A stretch of DNA of 64,000 nucleotides. Origin: Chrysomallon squamiferum (Eukaryota; Animalia; Mollusca). The notes below the pieces were generated by a model. That model was given only the letters and a program-made list of their open reading frames with translations, was not told the DNA's origin and did no database searches. Shown piece after piece: positions 17,022 through 41,198 of this stretch. The position numbers and the translations under genes are program-made. Each line of letters starts with the position of its first letter. Within the stretch, counting starts at the first letter, position 1. Location of the stretch: NCBI GenBank assembly GCA_012295275.1, contig CM022674.1:16926001-16990000 (forward strand). The letters run 5' to 3'.

Positions 17022-17379
17022 AAATAAATACTTGCTGATGCTGAGTTTAGAGAATAAATTACTTTTAGTAATAAATATTAGTACTGCTGTGTATATCAAA
17101 TAGTCCGCAGACAGTCCCAGCTGAGGGAAATAAAAAGTGTTTTGCTGATAACGGAACAATGTTTTTGACATGTCATCAAACAACACAAACGGTGATGTCA
17201 CGTTCACATGGAAAAACGATTCACAAGATCAGTATATAACTAACAATAGTCAAAAACAGAGGTTTACAGATTACCATGGTTACATTTATCGGAATATTTT
17301 GATATTCGTGTCTCGCTTGTACAGGATGGAGACGTGATTTTCTGTTCTGTAGTCAACACAATCATCTCCAATTTTAAAC

Positions 17380-17491
<112 letters not shown>

Positions 17492-17518
17492 CTGCATTGT
17501 TGTTGATGTGTTATTTAT

Positions 17519-17551
<33 letters not shown>

Positions 17552-17589
17552 CTGTGAGTGTATATGTATATATATCTGTGTGTGTATAT

Positions 17590-17636
<47 letters not shown>

Positions 17637-18242
17637 TGTGTGTTGGTGTGGGTGTATACAGTAAAATGAGTGGTTTCTGTTACGGACTTTTGTTTCGCAG
17701 AAGGATCTGCTGATTTTTTGTTATTAGATGAGATCGGTGGAAGGGTCGCTGTCCACTGAACGCACTGGATAACTAACTAGTCACACACACACACACGGAC
17801 ACACACACACGCACACACATACACACACAGTGGACTCACTTGGGACCAGAGAGGTATGCCTTTTTAAATAGATCGCCGGTTTATAAATATTTTATGAAAC
17901 ATTGTCATATTTCCAACTCCATAACTCTACAGCTTTTCAGGATGATAGAATTTATCAATAGTTTACGAAAAAAAGTGACTCACTTTCACATATCAGTACT
18001 GTTCATAGCTTGAAAATTATACGTTACAGAGTTGTTTTCTAAGTATTTCAATTTAACACACTTTGCCATTATTTTGCATTTCTTACAATGGCGTTACCTG
18101 TTATTATAGTATCTCATTTCACACATACACACACACACATTGTTTCATAAATATAGCATAACGTGAAGCTATGTACGAATGCAGGAAAGAAAAGTAAAGA
18201 TCAAAATGAAACAAACCTCTTAAGAAAATAATAAGAAAATGT

Positions 18243-18284
<42 letters not shown>

Positions 18285-18577
18285 ATGACACTGTCAGAAC
18301 AGTCAGAGATTGTGTTCATGATAACCATGAATTAAAAACTCTTTGACAGCAGAAAAACTAAATATTATAGTTGACCACACCAAGCGTGCTATAACAGATC
18401 TTTGAATGGAATGTAAAAAGTTAGAATGAAATTTAAAGTAATAATTCTTTTAAAATTCTTCACATGTCTTTTAAACAGAAAACTGATTTTTAATTTGTTT
18501 TATTTATTTGTTTTCTCATTTTTATTAATATTGTATTCTATTTTATTTTATTTTATTTAATTGCTGGAAATAAATTA

Positions 18578-18770
18578 CGAGGGATCTTTTATATGCACTT
18601 TCACTAAAACTACTTGGCCTATGACCCAACAATAAAAGAGCACTGTCTGACCTGGGAAACAGAATTGGTTGGATTGGGAAAATGCCCCAAAAAAGCTACT
18701 ACTAACAGGGACCAGTCATTAATGCATTCCATATGAGAGCTTTACCTCTAGTCTACACATCCTTCTGTCT
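18578..18770 (-). mobile_element. degenerate SINE-like fragment in kinase intron (mirror at about 33105-33295)
   Basis: Reverse complement contains GTGCATATAAAAGATCCCT, resembling the conserved AAAGATCCC central block of Deu/Nin-type invertebrate SINEs (recalled, not searched). Confidence 0.35.
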
Positions 18771-18893
18771 AACAACTAAAATGTTTTAGTGTTTACTGAT
18801 TCTTTATCTTCAAATAATTGAGAACAAAAACAAATAAAAAAACCTATTTCGATACCGTAGCTGTATCTTTAAACAACTGGCATTAAAAAAAAA

Positions 18894-18946
<53 letters not shown>

Positions 18947-18962
18947 TAATTAGTTTTGGTAC

Positions 18963-26162
<7,200 letters not shown>

Positions 26163-26719
26163 AATTTTGCTGAGAATGATAATGTTGATGATGAAGATAA
26201 TAATTATGATGATTATCTTGATGACAATAATAATGCTGCTGCTGATGATGATGATTATAATAATAGATCATGGTGCAGATGATAATCCATGGTTGAATGT
26301 TACCAGTGATAGCAGTGTTGGTAGTCATAGTGATAATGTTCTTGTGGTTGTGGTTTAACAGTACATGGTAAAGTTAGTGTTTGTGTTAGTGGTTTTGACT
26401 GTAAGACCAGTTACAAAACAGTTTTGAAGGATAAGCATATTCAGTTTTAAATAATATATCAGAATACAAATTAATAATTTTAGTCAAAATTCATTTTAAT
26501 TTTGTTATGATTTATTTATTTAGCTATTTTTTTCTTCTTAATATTTATTTTTAAAATGCATGTATTTATTTATTCAATATGTTTTAAATAAAAATTCCTT
26601 TTTTAATTATTCACAAAAAGAACTCCAGTGTAGTTAAGTTAATTTAGATGTATTTGCATAACAAAAATAAGAAGCAGCATTTATAAAAATTCGAATACAT
26701 TACAAAACTCTGCATGCAT

Positions 26720-27170
26720 TACCTCGGCAAGCCATCACTGCGTTGTAAACTTTTCAAATCAATTATGTCTCTTGTGCTTATAACCAGTTTACATGAGCCT
26801 AAACGGGACAGCTACATAGTCATTAGAAACGGCAGATTCAGGTGAATTAATCAGCATAAAGACGACAAAACTAATGATAAGCGAACTCATCGCATTTCTT
26901 CTCACATACGAGTTTCGATAACAACCACAGATCGGAAACTACTGGTGTGATGTCACTGTTCAACATTTACTAAAATCGGGTCATAAGCTGAATTAGGTCA
27001 GGTCGTCCTGTCAATAATTACGCTTCTTGAAATTCATTGGCTAACATATTTTTAAAAATGACCGGCCCAGTCTGCAATAAACCACGCCCAATATCATTGT
27101 TATTTTAAATACGTGCTCTTAATCCTTGGCTAGAAGCAAGTGTAAATATTTCAAATAGGGTTAAAGATAT
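26720..27170 (-). promoter_or_regulatory. putative first exon and promoter of the minus-strand kinase copy
   Basis: Donor-like CCGAG/gtaatg at about 26722 (-), CpG-richer segment, CCAAT box (ATTGG at about 27036) and CCACGCCC Sp/KLF-type motif (about 27082), upstream of the leader exon. Confidence 0.35.
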
Positions 27171-27171
27171 G

Positions 27172-27371
27172 NNNNNNNNNNNNNNNNNNNNNNNNNNNNN
27201 NNNNNNNNNNNNNNNNNNNNNNNNNNNNNNNNNNNNNNNNNNNNNNNNNNNNNNNNNNNNNNNNNNNNNNNNNNNNNNNNNNNNNNNNNNNNNNNNNNNN
27301 NNNNNNNNNNNNNNNNNNNNNNNNNNNNNNNNNNNNNNNNNNNNNNNNNNNNNNNNNNNNNNNNNNNNNNN
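27172..27371. other. assembly gap
   Basis: Run of 200 N, lying between the two arms of the inverted duplication. Confidence 1.
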
Positions 27372-27456
27372 ATAATTATTAATTAATGTTTAACTGTCAG
27401 CTACAAAATGTTTCATCTATTTTTCATTTTTTTTTTGATATATATTTTTTTATCAG

Positions 27457-27810
27457 GTATGTAAGTTCAACATCAAAGAACAGAAACAATATTTTACTCT
27501 TGGTTTGCAGAACTACATGGGAGTTCGAGTCATTCGAGATATCAGCAACAACCACACCAACTCAACACTGGTCTTTACTGGAGACAAGTACCTACACACT
27601 TCATATTTATCAGTGGATCATTATTTGTATTTAGTAATTGGAAATATACAGCAACATTTCTTAAATTTCATTTTAGGTTTTATCGATATAAGAATTTGTT
27701 TTATTCATGTATGTATAGTTACATTTATAAATTATAGTAAGATCAGTAATGATGATGATGATAATTAAAAAAATAAGAAATAATAATCATGCTATTTCTT
27801 CTATAATAAT

Positions 27811-27869
<59 letters not shown>

Positions 27870-28778
27870 AAGAAGAAGAAGAAGAAGAAGAAGAAGAAGA
27901 AGAAGAACAAAAAAATACAACAACAAAATAACAACAACAACAACAACAACAACAATAAGAACAGTAAATAAATTAGAAAGAAAAGAACATGAACATGTTT
28001 TATTGAAAGTATATATTTGGTTTGAAGATTACAGATAGCAAAGATCTGAATTTTTTAAAGAAACAAATTTGTTCTTAATGCTGATAGGTACATGCAGATT
28101 GCATGTAGATAAATATTTGAATTTATTTTCATTAGATTTATAAGCATGTACAAACTTCATTATTATGTTCAATGAAAAATGTATTTGTTTTTACTGAATA
28201 CAGATACAGACACATTTCCTTTTCATAATATTAAAAACAAAAATAAAATTATGAATTTTATAAACAATTCTGTATTTTTAATCAAAATTAATTATTTTTG
28301 TTGCATACAGATCTGTACATATTTCATGTTAAATACTAAAATTAGTTTTTGCTTGATATATGTAGAGGTAAATCTCATCTTTCTAAACAAAATAATGTTT
28401 CAGTTGTATTTGAATTAAGAAACATTTATTCACTATATTCATAAATTAATTATTAGAATTTATTCTTACTGAATATAGAGGTAAAAAAGATCTTACATTT
28501 GTGAATATTTGAATTTATGGTCTTTCAGATTGCTATATATGCAAATTTAATATTTGTAAATAAAAATAATTTGCTTTTAATGTATATAAATACTTTTTGA
28601 ATAATAAGAATTAATTTTTAATGTGTACATGTTTGATTTATAAATATATATAAAAATAGTTTTATTGCATTTGATAGATACTGGTCTTATATTTATAAGG
28701 ATAACAACATACTTTTATTTTCAGGGTATATAATTTACAAAATTTCATATTTATAAACATTGGTGACACACACACACA

Positions 28779-28819
<41 letters not shown>

Positions 28820-31391
28820 ACACACTACCATCAGAAGTAACATTTAAACAAAAATGACTTTGATGTAAATAAAAAGAGTAACATTAATTTACTTATATAT
28901 TTATTAAACAATTTTTTTTTTTTTTTTAGATCAGTGCAACAAAGGAAAACAATAATTAAGTTAATTTGTGATGCTACGAGAAAAGAACCTGATGATGGTT
29001 TGTTTAAAATTATTGAAGATTCTGGTGTTGGAAATGTGCTATGTAATTTTAAATGTAAAATTTGGGAAGTTCATATAAAGTATTTCAAAAATAGGTCCAG
29101 TGTTAATTTTAAAAATCAAAAATAATAATTGTAAATTTTGGAATTTGAAAACAGGAATTTTTGGCACTCTTTGTAAGGTTAGTAATTTTAAAATATGGGA
29201 TTTTAAAAATCTGCGTTCATTAGGTAGTATAAACTAAAATATATTTTTTCATCTTCTCCATTTTTTTTGCTTCACATGTAAGCTTTGTTGAAAATATAAT
29301 AACATTCTGTCCATTTCTTCATGGTTTGTTGCTGAACACATAACTTTCAATAATTTGGAGTACATTTGAAGAAAAATATTTTCTAAATGAAATACTTGAA
29401 TAATAGTTGAACAACTCATGACATATAACTAAAATGATTATTGTTGTTGTTGGTGTTGTTGTTGCTATTGTCATTATAGTTTTGTTATTTGCAGAACTAT
29501 TTTCAATTTGAAGAAAATTTCAATAAATGTATGATATTTAATTTGAATATTTTGAAATTTTTTATAAAATAAACAAAATAATAATAATCAAACAAAAGTT
29601 AAAAAAATACAAATAAAGAAAAACAATACAAAAATACCCAAACAACAACAACAATAAAGCAATTAATTGTTTTATTTTTACTGATGTTCTAATCGAATGA
29701 TGATGAATTTTAAGTCCTCTCCATAACAAACCTATTTACCTGGTAACATCATACAACACGCTCATTAAACCTCACTGCAGAGTTATATTTCTTTACACCT
29801 TATTATGTAGCTTACAGTTCACACACTACATAGTAATTGTTTACATTCAGTATGTAGATAACAAGTTTAGATAATAATAATTTAATAGTGTCAGTAATGT
29901 TATCTTAATCTAGTGTATTAGTTACACACTCATAACAACATAATTGTGTATACTTTTACCTCAGCTTAAACTGCAAATGGGGTAATTGTACATTAAATGA
30001 ATTACCTGGTGTTAATGTATTTTAAAAAGAAATTTATGTGTGTGTCTGTATTAAATAAAATCTATATCTATCTATCTGTCTATCTGACTGTCTATCTATC
30101 TGCCCAGCTATTTGTCTCTTAGTACACAGATATACACATATATTTATGTTTTTCTATCTATCTTTCTATCTATCTATATATAGACATAGATGTAGATTGT
30201 TTTTGTATATATATAAAACAATCTATATCTATCTATCTGTATGTCTGTCTGTAAACACATACACACACACATATATATATATATATGTATGTATGTACAT
30301 GTGTGTGTGTTTATATATATATATTTAAAAAAACATTCTGTAGCATTGTTTGATTCACAGAAATTTAAGAACTCACATATAAGTTCATGCTTGTATGTTA
30401 TCAGTGATTTATGCATTGTTATATTTTACTTTACATACTTAACCTATATAACTGATCAGCAAATAACTAGACAATTTTTCATATCCTCAGTCTTTTAGGA
30501 ATTTTTCTGCTTTCTTCAAAGTAAAAATAATGGAATATATTGAGCTTTGTATTTTAAAATGTGTAAATTATGTGATGTGAAGAATAAAAAAATGTAAGTA
30601 GAAATATGATTGTACAAAATTTGTTTTTGAAATTTATATCAATTGTTACAGAGATATCTGTTGTTAGAAATGTAAAACATACAATATATTCTGAAATTTT
30701 AGGTTAGACGTTTTATAATATAAATTTAGAGTTTGTCAGATAACAAGCATGACTGTAGCAGCAAATTATTATTATTATTATTTTTTAAATATACTAATGA
30801 GACTGCCATGCAAATAGTAATTAATTAATAATTTAAATAAATTTTACAAGACTGTTGGATGACAAGCATCAGTATAACTGCAGAATACACTAATGAGAAT
30901 GCCATCTAATTAACAGTACTTGATAATTTAAATTTGTTGCAGAAAGGTCAGCAAACCGCAAGAGCAGTGATATGTTTATTATGTTTGGTGCTATTCTTAG
31001 CTTCTTGTTCATGGCGTTAATTATCGGATTCTTGTGTTACCTCAGTAGAACACACCTACCATTCTACTACAAACTTCCAGGTGAGATTTTCGGAGTTCTG
31101 CATTTAAAATATTAATTTAGTGACATAAAGAACTGTTCTAAATAGAGTCTGTATTCTTCTGAGTTACATTTTGTAATTATTTTTGGCTTCCAATCTTTAT
31201 TAATAATAAAGTTTAACAAATGTACCTTCGGTGATACAAAGAACTACTCTGTATGTTATCTGTATAGTTCTGAGTTTTATATTTAATTTTGGTTTTGTAG
31301 CTTCCAATCTTAATTAATAATAAAGTAGATTAAAAAATAGAATGCAATTTAAAAATACCTGATCACCAACGTTTTTGTATGGTTGCGACAT

Positions 31392-31422
<31 letters not shown>

Positions 31423-34400
31423 AAGTGTTTAAGAAGTCACATATTTGCTGTTTCAGTTACTGGAAAAATGAGAGGGTTTTCACACCATTCCCCCAATGAT
31501 GACATTTATGGCAGACGCCTAACAGCCCCATCACTGATGTCTGTTAGGTACCGGGATTATGAACCAGGATCGAAAGTGTCCAAGAAAAGTCAGCTGCCTA
31601 TTTTAGAGAATGCTGTTATGTCTATTGACACGATTAAAATGAGACAGAGGTGAGCTGACTGCCATGGTGAGATTTACATATGAAGACATAGGATTCGTAT
31701 TTTTTTTTTTTTTTTTAGTTTTTATACATACATACATATATTTTTTTTATATTTATTAATTAGATTTTTAAGGAAACATTTTTATATTAAAGTTGTAGAT
31801 TAGTAAAGATTTTCTCTTAATCAAATTTTGATCATGCCTTTGCACCATTTTCAACTTGAAATCATGTGAGGTATTTTACATGGTACATTCCTTAAGAATG
31901 AAAAACATATCTTTATGATGTCATACATATCTTTATGATGTCACACATATCTTTATGATGTCACACATATCTTTATGATGTCATACGTGTCATCATTCAG
32001 ACTCGGAGGTGGCAGTTTTGGAGACACTCATGTAGCAGATAATTAATATCCATGACAACCAGGTGACTGATGACATCATAGAGCTGATGCTGATGAAGAA
32101 AGAAGTAGAGAGCATAAAACTACATACACTTCACAAATGTATCTTATTACTACATTATTACAGAATATTATGAATATAATAACTTCCGTATGAAAGGAAT
32201 TAATATTCACTTTCAAAAGATTCTTTCCCTTGCTTCATACAATTAACTTAGATTTGTTTTCTCTTTTAGTCGGCAACGTCATAAAAACATCGTTGGGGTG
32301 ATTGGACTGTGCATTGATGGCAGACATCCATGTATCATCACTGAATTTTTTAATGGCAGCTGCATAAAAGATCTTCTTAAAATGAGAGACTTCAAGCTAA
32401 TATGGCCGCATCGAGTCAAAATTGTACGTCTGCAAAATATTAAAAAATTATGTCTAGCACCAGGAATAATTAATTTAAAGTCATTTTTCGAAAATCTAAA
32501 TAATTGTTTATTCACTACCTAAGCTTAAGTCTATGAAATGAATGTTTAAATAGAGCTGATAACTCTTTGCTAATAATAAAGTATAAAAGAAGCTGCAATG
32601 AAGATTTTTTTTCTACAAAGAGATATACACAATAGGTTTTGCCATTTTACAGTGATTTATGTAATCTTCTAAAAACAAATTTATCACTTCATTGACAAAT
32701 ATTATTATTTTATTTTGTTATGCTTTATAACTAACAAATTCTGTTTTAAAAATAAATCACAAAAAAACAGTAACAGATTTTTATTCCAATTGTGTTAACT
32801 GTGTTAAATCAAATGTTTGCTGTTTTATTTTGCAGTGTTCTGATGTAGCCAATGGCATAGCCTTTCTTCATTCGACAAAACCTCTGATCATTCATCGAGA
32901 TCTCCGCTGTGGAAACCTCTTTCTTCTCCACAACGATACTGCTAAGGTATCAAAACTAATTATTGTTATTATTATCATTATTTGTTTAATCCGGGTTGTT
33001 TAAAGATACAGCTATGGTATCAAAATTATTTTTTTAATTTTTTTATTTTCAATTATTTGAAGATAAAGAATCAGTAAACACTAACACATTTTAATTGTTA
33101 GACAGAAGGATGTGTAGACTAGAAGTAAAGCTCTCATATGGAATGCATTAATGACTGGTCCCTGTTAGTAGTAGCTCTTTTGGGGTATTTTCCCAATCCA
33201 ACCAATTCTGTTTCCCAGGTCAGACAGTGCTCTGTTATTGTTGGGTCATAGGCCAAGTAGTTTTAGTGAAAGTTCATATAAAAGATCCGTCGTAATTTAT
33301 TTCCAGCAATTAAATAAAATAAAATAAAATAAAATATTAATAAAAATAAGAAAACAAATAAATAAAAAAATTAAAAATCAATTTTCTGTTTAAAAGAGAT
33401 GTGGAGAATTTTAAAAATAATTATTATTTTAAATTTCATTCTAACTTTTTACATTCCATTCAAAGATCTGTTAAAGCACGCTTGGTGTGGTCAACTATAA
33501 TATTTTGTTTTTCTGCTGTCAAAGAGTTTTTAATTCATGGTTATCATGAACACAATCTCTGACTGTTCTGACAGTGTCAATAGAATTTTTTTTTTTTTTA
33601 AAATACAGTTTCTTATTATTTTCTTAAGAGGTTTGTTTCAAACAAGGTTCTTGTAGGCTATGCTTCAGATTCTTAAAGACAAATTTGGTGAATTATAAAT
33701 AAATTTTAATTTTTTTAAATTTCAGGTTGCTGATTTTGGACTGACAAAAATGATACAGCCACTAAGACAGAACTGTACAAAGGAAGACTGCTGCTGTGAG
33801 TTTTACCCACAATTCCTTGTAACAAAAATGGCAGACATTATTGTTATGAACAAGAGTCAGTAACTGAACAATAAATAGAAATTATTGAATTTGTATCAGT
33901 CTGTTCCCATTTCTGTGAGAAAAACATGGATGTAGAGGACCAAGATTTTATTTCAAAAGGAAAATAAACTTTTAACTTGGTATTGGTGAATCTTTATGTG
34001 AATATTTTAATGCAAAAATGAGAGATTTAATATAAAAATAAAAATCTTATACATATAATGATTATTTATATAAAGTACTGATAATGATAATAAATAAATA
34101 AATAAACAAATAAAAAATTAAATAAAGAAAATATATTTTTATACTTTACCCATAATGCCTTTTAAGAACTATGGTATACAATATTATGTGTTTTTCTAGG
34201 CAGAGTTATCTCCCATTAGCAAAGCTGTAGACTGATATAAAACCATTTAAGATTTTCTGTTGTTAATGTGTTCTAGTAGTTTATTAATATAATTCAATTA
34301 GGGTACATATTTGAACATTATTGTTTGTATGTATAAATATGAGACTATAACTGCATATGTTAATGTATGTATAGTTTTTGTATACATGTGTATGTGTATA

Positions 34401-34516
34401 TGTGAGTGTGTGTGTGTGTGTGTATATGTGACTGTCCATTTATGTTTAAGTAGGTGTGTATGTGTTTATATGTATGTGTGTGTTTATGTGTGTATGTATG
34501 TGTGTGTGTGTGTATG

Positions 34517-34566
<50 letters not shown>

Positions 34567-35796
34567 TGTTTCCATTTCTTTATGGAAAACATGGATGTAG
34601 AACATATGTGTCTGTGTATGTATGTACGTATATAATCTTAAAAAATTCATTTAAAACTAAAACTAAAAGAAACATAAAACTTAATCTCAACAGCTATTAA
34701 GTTTTAGAATAGTTACTAAATGGACTGTACAAAGACACAGGTAACTTTACAGGTCGTCGTAACTACAGTGCATGTCCAGCCAACATTCGCTGGACAGCTC
34801 CAGAAATACTGCAGAACCCCACTGTACTCGAGGATGACGCAGTGATCACAACGGCAGCCGATGTTTACTCGTTTGGACTTGTAATGTGGGAGCTGTTTGT
34901 CTGTGAAGACCCATTTGAAGACATCGTCACCGAGGAAGAGGTAGTTTGATGCGATTTTTGTGTATTTGTGTCACTGTGTGTTTGTGTGTGTGTGTGTGTG
35001 TGTGTTAAGACCTGTTTGAAGAGATCGCCACAGAGGAAGGGGTAGTTTGATCTGATTTGTTTGTGTATATGTTTGTGTATATGTTTGTGTGTTTGTGTGT
35101 TTGTGTCTTTGAGTGTGGATGTGTTTTGAATGAGGAAGAGGTAATTTGATTCAATTTGTTGTTTGTGTGAGTGTATGTGTGTGTGTTTGTGTGTGTATGT
35201 GTGTGTATTTGTGTGTTTGTGTGTATGTGTGTGTGTATGTGTGTGTGTATTTGCGTGCATGTGTGTGTGTTTGTGTGTGTTAGCAAGATGTAGTGTGATA
35301 CAATCTGTTATTTGTGTGTGTATTTGTGTATGTATGCTTGAGTGTGCATGTGTCTATTTATGTGTGCAATATATGTTTGGGTGTGAATGTGTCTGCATGT
35401 ATCTGTGTACAAATGTATTTGAGTTGATATATTAATATATTTCTCTATACATGTGTTTTTGCATACTTGAATGCATATGTATCTCTGTAAAGGTACTTAT
35501 ATTAGTATCCAAATGCATGTATAAATTAGTTTATTTACATGCACTTGTTTCTGTGTGTGTGTGTGTGTGTGTGTGTGCTTGTGAGTGCTGGTGTACAAAC
35601 ACACATTAGTATGTACACACCTGTGATATGTTGATGTGTGTGTTAAACAACAGCAGTGTGTTTACAGGTGATAGAGCTGGTGAATCGTGGAAGCAGGCCG
35701 CGGCTGAACAGTGTAACAAACATGATGCCGCAGTACAAAGATCTCATGCAGAGTTGCTGGTCACAGCACTCAAAGGACAGGCTAACCATTGAAAAG
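27457..35796 (+). pseudogene. receptor kinase (MRH-like ectodomain, TM, TKL/TK-like kinase), longer disabled copy
   Basis: Exons 27457-27587 (VCKFNIKEQKQYFTLGLQNY...LVFTGDK); 28930-29038 (RKTIIKLICD, donor mutated GT>CT); 30943-31080 (TM MFIMFGAILSFLFMALIIGFLCYL); 31457-31649; 32001-about 32106 (LGGGSFGDTHVA, frameshift, donor deleted); 32270-32423; 32836-32946 (HRDLRCGN); 33726-33795 (VADFGLTK); 34753-34940 (IRWTAPE...DVYSFGLVMWEL); 35668-35796 (LMQSCW...DRLTIEK). Confidence 0.88.
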
Positions 35797-36315
35797 GTGA
35801 GTGATCTCCCCTTAACAGCTCTCCAAAAGAAACTAAAAAAAAAAAAAAAACCATCTAATATTAATTCAATTTAAATATGAATAAAAATACTTCCTCCATC
35901 AAGAAACAAAACAGGAGGAAACAAAGCTATATATATCTATACCTCTCTGTGTATCTTTCTCCCTCTCTAATTAATTAAATAAATAAATCAATTAAAAAAA
36001 ATAAAATAAAGACAAAAATAAAAATGAACCAAAAGAAAGAAATTAGAATTAAAAAAATAATACATTAATAAATAAAAGTTGTTACTTACTGTACAAATGA
36101 TGGGCGATATCACACTGCAATCATTTGCCAGTAACTAACAGTTATAATATACTTAAATATTCTATTGGTGCTCCTACTACTACTACATAACTATAACTTA
36201 TAGTATTACTACACCTACTACTAACGTTGCTGTACTGATAAAACTATTTCTAAATTTGCTAATGTCGCTAGGATGACCAACAAGTTATTAATATAAAAGT
36301 TTCACTTTACCTGAT

Positions 36316-40659
<4,344 letters not shown>

Positions 40660-40700
40660 CTGAAATATAAATTAATTAAAAAAATAGATACTTATATGTG

Positions 40701-40781
<81 letters not shown>

Positions 40782-41198
40782 GTATAATTAAATACAACTT
40801 TGTTTATCTTACAAAATGCGGGTACTGGCTGAAGGTTTAAAAGCATAAACAATAAAAATAACAATAAATAAGTAAATAAATAAATAAATGAGTTTGATTT
40901 AGCTTATGTTTCTGTATGCGTAGATGTGTAGTCTGTGTGTCGGTATGTGAGTTTATGTGTTCCAGATAGAGAATTAGATGATCGGTCATAATGTGACACA
41001 GAGAAACATACACAACGACGGAAGGATAGAGACAGTTAGAAAGAGTGAAAAAGATTGAACTAGAGACAGAAATGAAAACAAAAGAAAGTAAGAGAACGAA
41101 TGTAAGACTTGTAAAAACGAATGAAATAAGAAAATTAATTGAGTTTTAGGTAATTTATTTCTAGTCACGTGGTAAGTCAAGTTTAACATTTGCTGTAG

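Noticed and set aside
27457-27460. Apparent 4-nt microexon (ag/GTAT/gtaagt)
   Set aside because: Reading through as a full exon gives VCKFNIKE..., which completes the AVC motif in frame.
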